64,000 nt of DNA from Lingula anatina. Its lineage: Eukaryota > Animalia > Brachiopoda. The stretch spans positions 3,286,001 through 3,350,000 of the forward strand of contig JBPQGU010000016.1 of assembly GCA_051362555.1 (NCBI GenBank), given 5' to 3'. The notes below the pieces were generated by a model. That model worked only from the letters and a program-made list of their open reading frames with translations, ran no database searches and was not told where the DNA came from. The translations under genes and the position numbers were made by a program. Of the stretch, positions 57,912 to 64,000 are shown piece after piece; the stretch's first letter is position 1, and each line of letters begins with the position of its first letter.

Positions 57912-58635
57912 ATGACCCGTCACCAAATTTTCCAAAAAGTGATGAAAATCAATCTACCACACCTGTCATTCATAAAAAATGTGGAAACGCGCCCGGATCA
58001 CTTCATTAAAGCCCCCAATTTCAGCTTTAAAGATGGCCAAAAAGCACACCTGAGAACAGGATTTGGAGAGAGGGGGGGTGGAGAGAGTTTTTGCTCTATT
58101 TCTTCCTTAATAATGACACAACCACTCTTCCAGCACTTTATTCTGACTACAAATGACCAAACACACCTACCAGACACTATAATGAAGAAAAAAATTTTTC
58201 AACCCTACCTGGCCAAAATTGAAGAAAACTGCCATATCCGTACCTTACGAAAATCACTCAAAATCACCCAAAAATGACCCGTCACCAAATTTTCCAAAAA
58301 GTGATGAAAATCAATCTACCACACCTGTCATTCATAAAAAATGTGGAAACGCGCCCGGATCACTTCATTAAAGCCCCCAATTTCAGCTTTAAAGATGGCC
58401 AAAAAGCACACCTGAGAACAGGATTTGGAGAGAGGGGGGGTGGAGAGAGTTTTTGCTCTATTTCTTCCTTAATAATGACACAACCACTCTTCCAGCACTT
58501 TATTCTGACTACAAATGACCAAACACACCTACCAGACACTATAATGAAGAAAAAAATTTTTCAACCCTACCTGGCCAAAATTGAAGAAAACTGCCATATC
58601 CGGACCTTACGAAAATCACTCAAAATCACCCAAAA

Positions 58636-59184
58636 ATGACCCGTCACCAAATTTTCCAAAAAGTGATGAAAATCAATCTACCACACCTGTCATTCATAAA
58701 AAATGTGGAAACGCGCCCGGATCACTTCATTAAAGCCCCCAATTTCAGCTTTAAAGATGGCCAAAAAGCACACCTGAGAACAGGATTTGGAGAGAGGGGG
58801 GTGGAGAGAGTTTTTGCTCTATTTCTTCCTTAATAATGACACAACCACTCTTCCAGCACTTTATTCTGACTACAAATGACCAAACACACCTACCAGACAC
58901 TATAATGAAGAAAAAAATTTTTCCCCCAATTTCAGCTTTAAAGATGGCCAAAAAGCACACCTGAGAACAGGATTTGGAGAGAGGGGGGGTGGAGAGAGTT
59001 TTTGCTCTATTTCTTCCTTAATAATGACACAACCACTCTTCCAGCACTTTATTCTGACTACAAATGACCAAACACACCTACCAGACACTATAATGAAGAA
59101 AAAAATTTTTCAACCCTACCTGGCCAAAATTGAAGAAAACTGCCATATCCGGACCTTACGAAAATCACTCAAAATCACCCAAAA
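58636..59184. repeat. Fused dimer with 174-bp deletion (equivalently an extra 188-bp partial monomer)
   Basis: aaaaaaattttt-c-ccccaatttcagc junction at ~58923 joins monomer position 247 to position 60 of the next copy. The span is 549 bp = 724 - 174 - 1 (G6 tract). Confidence 0.95.
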
Positions 59185-60632
59185 ATGACCCGTCACCAAA
59201 TTTTCCAAAAAGTGATGAAAATCAATCTACCACACCTGTCATTCATAAAAAATGTGGAAACGCGCCCGGATCACTTCATTAAAGCCCCCAATTTCAGCTT
59301 TAAAGATGGCCAAAAAGCACACCTGAGAACAGGCTTTGGAGAGAGGGGGGGTGGAGAGAGTTTTTGCTCTATTTCTTCCTTAATAATGACACAACCACTC
59401 TTCCAGCACTTTATTCTGACTACAAATGACCAAACACACCTACCAGACACTATAATGAAGAAAAAAATTTTTCAACCCTACCTGGCCAAAATTGAAGAAA
59501 ACTGCCATATCCGGACCTTACGAAAATCACTCAAAATCACCCAAAAATGACCCGTCACCAAATTTTCCAAAAAGTGATGAAAATCAATCTACCACACCTG
59601 TCATTCATAAAAAATGTGGAAACGCGCCCGGATCACTTCATTAAAGCCCCCAATTTCAGCTTTAAAGATGGCCAAAAAGCACACCTGAGAACAGGATTTG
59701 GAGAGAGGGGGGGTGGAGAGAGTTTTTGCTCTATTTCTTCCTTAATAATGACACAACCACTCTTCCAGCACTTTATTCTGACTACAAATGACCAAACACA
59801 CCTACCAGACACTATAATGAAGAAAAAAATTTTTCAACCCTACCTGGCCAAAATTGAAGAAAACTGCCATATCCGGACCTTACGAAAATCACTCAAAATC
59901 ACCCAAAAATGACCCGTCACCAAATTTTCCAAAAAGTGATGAAAATCAATCTACCACACCTGTCATTCATAAAAAATGTGGAAACGCGCCCGGATCACTT
60001 CATTAAAGCCCCCAATTTCAGCTTTAAAGATGGCCAAAAAGCACACCTGAGAACAGGATTTGGAGAGAGGGGGGGTGGAGAGAGTTTTTGCTCTATTTCT
60101 TCCTTAATAATGACACAACCACTCTTCCAGCACTTTATTCTGACTACAAATGACCAAACACACCTACCAGACACTATAATGAAGAAAAAAATTTTTCAAC
60201 CCTACCTGGCCAAAATTGAAGAAAACTGCCATATCCGGACCTTACGAAAATCACTCAAAATCACCCAAAAATGACCCGTCACCAAATTTTCCAAAAAGTG
60301 ATGAAAATCAATCTACCACACCTGTCATTCATAAAAAATGTGGAAACGCGCCCGGATCACTTCATTAAAGCCCCCAATTTCAGCTTTAAAGATGGCCAAA
60401 AAGCACACCTGAGAACAGGATTTGGAGAGAGGGGGGGTGGAGAGAGTTTTTGCTCTATTTCTTCCTTAATAATGACACAACCACTCTTCCAGCACTTTAT
60501 TCTGACTACAAATGACCAAACACACCTACCAGACACTATAATGAAGAAAAAAATTTTTCAACCCTACCTGGCCAAAATTGAAGAAAACTGCCATATCCGG
60601 ACCTTACGAAAATCACTCAAAATCACCCAAAA

Positions 60633-63600
60633 ATGACCCGTCACCAAATTTTCCAAAAAGTGATGAAAATCAATCTACCACACCTGTCATTCATAAAAAA
60701 TGTGGAAACGCGCCCGGATCACTTCATTAAAGCCCCCAATTTCAGCTTTAAAGATGGCCAAAAAGCACACCTGTGAACAGGATTTGGAGAGAGGGGGGGT
60801 GGAGAGAGTTTTTGCTCTATTTCTTCCTTAATAATGACACAACCACTCTTCCAGCACTTTATTCTGACTACAAATGACCAAACACACCTACCAGACACTA
60901 TAATGAAGAAAAAAATTTTTCAACCCTACCTGGCCAAAATTGAAGAAAACTGCCATATCCGGACCTTACGAAAATCACTCAAAATCACCCAAAAATGACC
61001 CGTCACCAAATTTTCCAAAAAGTGATGAAAATCAATCTACCACACCTGTCATTCATAAAAAATGTGGAAACGCGCCCGGATCACTTCATTAAAGCCCCCA
61101 ATTTCAGCTTTAAAGATGGCCAAAAAGCACACCTGAGAACAGGATTTGGAGAGAGGGGGGGTGGAGAGTTTTTGCTCTATTTCTTCCTTAATAATGACAC
61201 AACCACTCTTCCAGCACTTTATTCTGACTACAAATGACCAAACACACCTACCAGACACTATAATGAAGAAAAAAATTTTTCAACCCTACCTGGCCAAAAT
61301 TGAAGAAAACTGCCATATCCGGACCTTACGAAAATCACTCAAAATCACCCAAAAATGACCCGTCACCAAATTTTCCAAAAAGTGATGAAAATCAATCTAC
61401 CACACCTGTCATTCATAAAAAATGTGGAAACGCGCCCGGATCACTTCATTAAAGCCCCCAATTTCAGCTTTAAAGATGGCCAAAAAGCACACCTGAGAAC
61501 AGGATTTGGAGAGAGGGGGGGTGGAGAGAGTTTTTGCTCTATTTCTTCCTTAATAATGACACAACCACTCTTCCAGCACTTTATTCTGACTACAAATGAC
61601 CAAACACACCTACCAGACACTATAATGAAGAAAAAAATTTTTCAACCCTACCTGGCCAAAATTGAAGAAAACTGCCATATCCGGACCTTACGAAAATCAC
61701 TCAAAATCACCCAAAAATGACCCGTCACCAAATTTTCCAAAAAGTGATGAAAATCAATCTACCACACCTGTCATTCATAAAAAATGTGGAAACGCGCCCG
61801 AATCACTTCATTAAAGCCCCCAATTTCAGCTTTAAAGATGGCCAAAAAGCACACCTGAGAACAGGATTTGGAGAGAGGGGGGGTGGAGAGAGTTTTTGCT
61901 CTATTTCTTCCTTAATAATGACACAACCACTCTTCCAGCACTTTATTCTGACTACAAATGACCAAACACACCTACCAGACACTATAATGAAGAAAAAAAT
62001 TTTTCAACCCTACCTGGCCAAAATTGAAGAAAACTGCCATATCCGGACCTTACGAAAATCACTCAAAATCACCCAAAAATGACCCGTCACCAAATTTTCC
62101 AAAAAGTGATGAAAATCAATCTACCACACCTGTCATTCATAAAAAATGTGGAAACGCGCCCGGATCACTTCATTAAAGCCCCCAATTTCAGCTTTAAAGA
62201 TGGCCAAAAAGCACACCTGAGAACAGGATTTGGAGAGAGGGGGGGTGGAGAGAGTTTTTGCTCTATTTCTTCCTTAATAATGACACAACCACTCTTCCAG
62301 CACTTTATTCTGACTACAAATGACCAAACACACCTACCAGACACTATAATGAAGAAAAAAATTTTTCAACCCTACCTGGCCAAAATTGAAGAAAACTGCC
62401 ATATCCGGACCTTACGAAAATCACTCAAAATCACCCAAAAATGACCCGTCACCAAATTTTCCAAAAAGTGATGAAAATCAATCTACCACACCTGTCATTC
62501 ATAAAAAATGTGGAAACGCGCCCGGATCACTTCATTAAAGCCCCCAATTTCAGCTTTAAAGATGGCCAAAAAGCACACCTGTGAACAGGATTTGGAGAGA
62601 GGGGGGGTGGAGAGAGTTTTTGCTCTATTTCTTCCTTAATAATGACACAACCACTCTTCCAGCACTTTATTCTGACTACAAATGACCAAACACACCTACC
62701 AGACACTATAATGAAGAAAAAAATTTTTCAACCCTACCTGGCCAAAATTGAAGAAAACTGCCATATCCGGACCTTACGAAAATCACTCAAAATCACCCAA
62801 AAATGACCCGTCACCAAATTTTCCAAAAAGTGATGAAAATCAATCTACCACACCTGTCATTCATAAAAAATGTGGAAACGCGCCCGGATCACTTCATTAA
62901 AGCCCCCAATTTCAGCTTTAAAGATGGCCAAAAAGCACACCTGAGAACAGGATTTGGAGAGAGGGGGGGTGGAGAGTTTTTGCTCTATTTCTTCCTTAAT
63001 AATGACACAACCACTCTTCCAGCACTTTATTCTGACTACAAATGACCAAACACACCTACCAGACACTATAATGAAGAAAAAAATTTTTCAACCCTACCTG
63101 GCCAAAATTGAAGAAAACTGCCATATCCGGACCTTACGAAAATCACTCAAAATCACCCAAAAATGACCCGTCACCAAATTTTCCAAAAAGTGATGAAAAT
63201 CAATCTACCACACCTGTCATTCATAAAAAATGTGGAAACGCGCCCGGATCACTTCATTAAAGCCCCCAATTTCAGCTTTAAAGATGGCCAAAAAGCACAC
63301 CTGAGAACAGGATTTGGAGAGAGGGGGGGTGGAGAGAGTTTTTGCTCTATTTCTTCCTTAATAATGACACAACCACTCTTCCAGCACTTTATTCTGACTA
63401 CAAATGACCAAACACACCTACCAGACACTATAATGAAGAAAAAAATTTTTCAACCCTACCTGGCCAAAATTGAAGAAAACTGCCATATCCGGACCTTACG
63501 AAAATCACTCGAAATCACCCAAAAATGACCCGTCACCAAATTTTCCAAAAAGTGATGAAAATCAATCTACCACACCTGTCATTCATAAAAAATGTGGAAA

Positions 63601-64000
63601 CGCGCCCGGATCACTTCATTAAAGCCCCCAATTTCAGCTTTAAAGATGGCCAAAAAGAACACCTGTGAACAGGATTTGGAGAGAGGGGGGGTGGAGAGAG
63701 TTTTTGCTCTATTTCTTCCTTAATAATGACACAACCACTCTTCCAGCACTTTATTCTGACTACAAATGACCAAACACACCTACCAGACACTATAATGAAG
63801 AAAAAAATTTTTCAACCCTACCTGGCCAAAATTGAAGAAAACTGCCATATCCGGACCTTACGAAAATCACTCAAAATCACCCAAAAATGACCCGTCACCA
63901 AATTTTCCAAAAAGTGATGAAAATCAATCTACCACACCTGTCATTCATAAAAAATGTGGAAACGCGCCCGGATCACTTCATTAAAGCCCCCAATTTCAGC
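60633..64000. repeat. Nascent 5-monomer higher-order repeat (period 1808 bp) followed by a 3-monomer derivative
   Basis: A>T (cctgTgaac) at 60774, 62582 and 63666. A 2-bp AG deletion in the following monomer occurs at ~61167 and ~62975. Both markers are spaced 1808 bp apart, and the third A>T copy is 1084 bp later. Confidence 0.85.

Larger units (their letters stand above)
1..64000. repeat. Tandem satellite DNA array, 362-bp monomer, ~177 head-to-tail copies; extends beyond both window edges
   Basis: ctaccacacctgtcattc at 1 recurs at 363 and every ~362 bp to the end. ORF-track starts step by exactly 362 (e.g. 3586, 3948, 4310 ...). No inversion or non-repeat interruption was seen. Confidence 0.99.
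33609..64000. repeat. Right A-type sub-block, ~85 copies, more diverged (private SNPs, G6-G10 tract, local higher-order duplications)
   Basis: A at 33612 and in all later intact copies. Scattered substitutions, e.g. 33940, 40692, 43973, 49971, 52919, 56736, 61801. Confidence 0.95.

Noticed and set aside
375-63066. Minus-strand 60-90 aa ORFs (MSGRCVWS...)
   Set aside because: They appear only where a homopolymer indel happens to join short frames, so they are incidental.
28-63528. Roughly 170 ORFs of 121-130 aa as a tandem protein-coding gene array
   Set aside because: They are translations of the satellite monomer. There is no intergenic space, promoter or recognisable domain, composition is driven by homopolymers, and frameshifts and stops occur freely. 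Not annotated as CDS.
1-64000. CRISPR array or repeat-spacer system
   Set aside because: There are no variable spacers, the entire unit is repeated, and no cas or other genes are present.
1-64000. Whole window as an in-vitro rolling-circle or viroid-like concatemer of a single 362-nt circle
   Set aside because: Block-structured SNPs, linked variants repeating at 2-, 4- and 5-monomer periods, and unique deletions indicate an evolved genomic array. I saw no ribozyme motif or rod-like self-complementarity, and the A/C skew argues against the latter.

Overview
The whole 64-kb window is one head-to-tail tandem array (satellite DNA) of a 362-bp monomer, about 177 copies, all in the same orientation. 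By hand count of bases 1-362 the monomer is about 40% GC with a strong + strand A/C skew. It has no unique sequence, no credible gene, RNA gene, transposon or CRISPR array. The ~120-130 aa ORFs in the track are the same monomer translated repeatedly. The interest lies in the internal architecture. (i) One diagnostic SNP (aaaatgAccc vs aaaatgGccc) splits the array into A-type (1-~1770), G-type (~1775-33608, 88 copies) and A-type (33609-64000) blocks. (ii) The G-type block is almost perfectly homogeneous, while the right A-type block carries about 28 private substitutions and variable G-tract lengths. (iii) The G/A boundary coincides with a 29-bp deletion. (iv) Shared variants show nascent 2-, 4- and 5-monomer higher-order duplications. 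(v) One monomer lacks 174 bp. Two zones (~700-3400 and 39411-39439) look like sequencing or consensus error. The array is most like a eukaryotic (peri)centromeric or heterochromatic satellite, but the organism and family cannot be identified from the sequence alone. I did not find a convincing new biological system. The best lead is the satellite turnover event.
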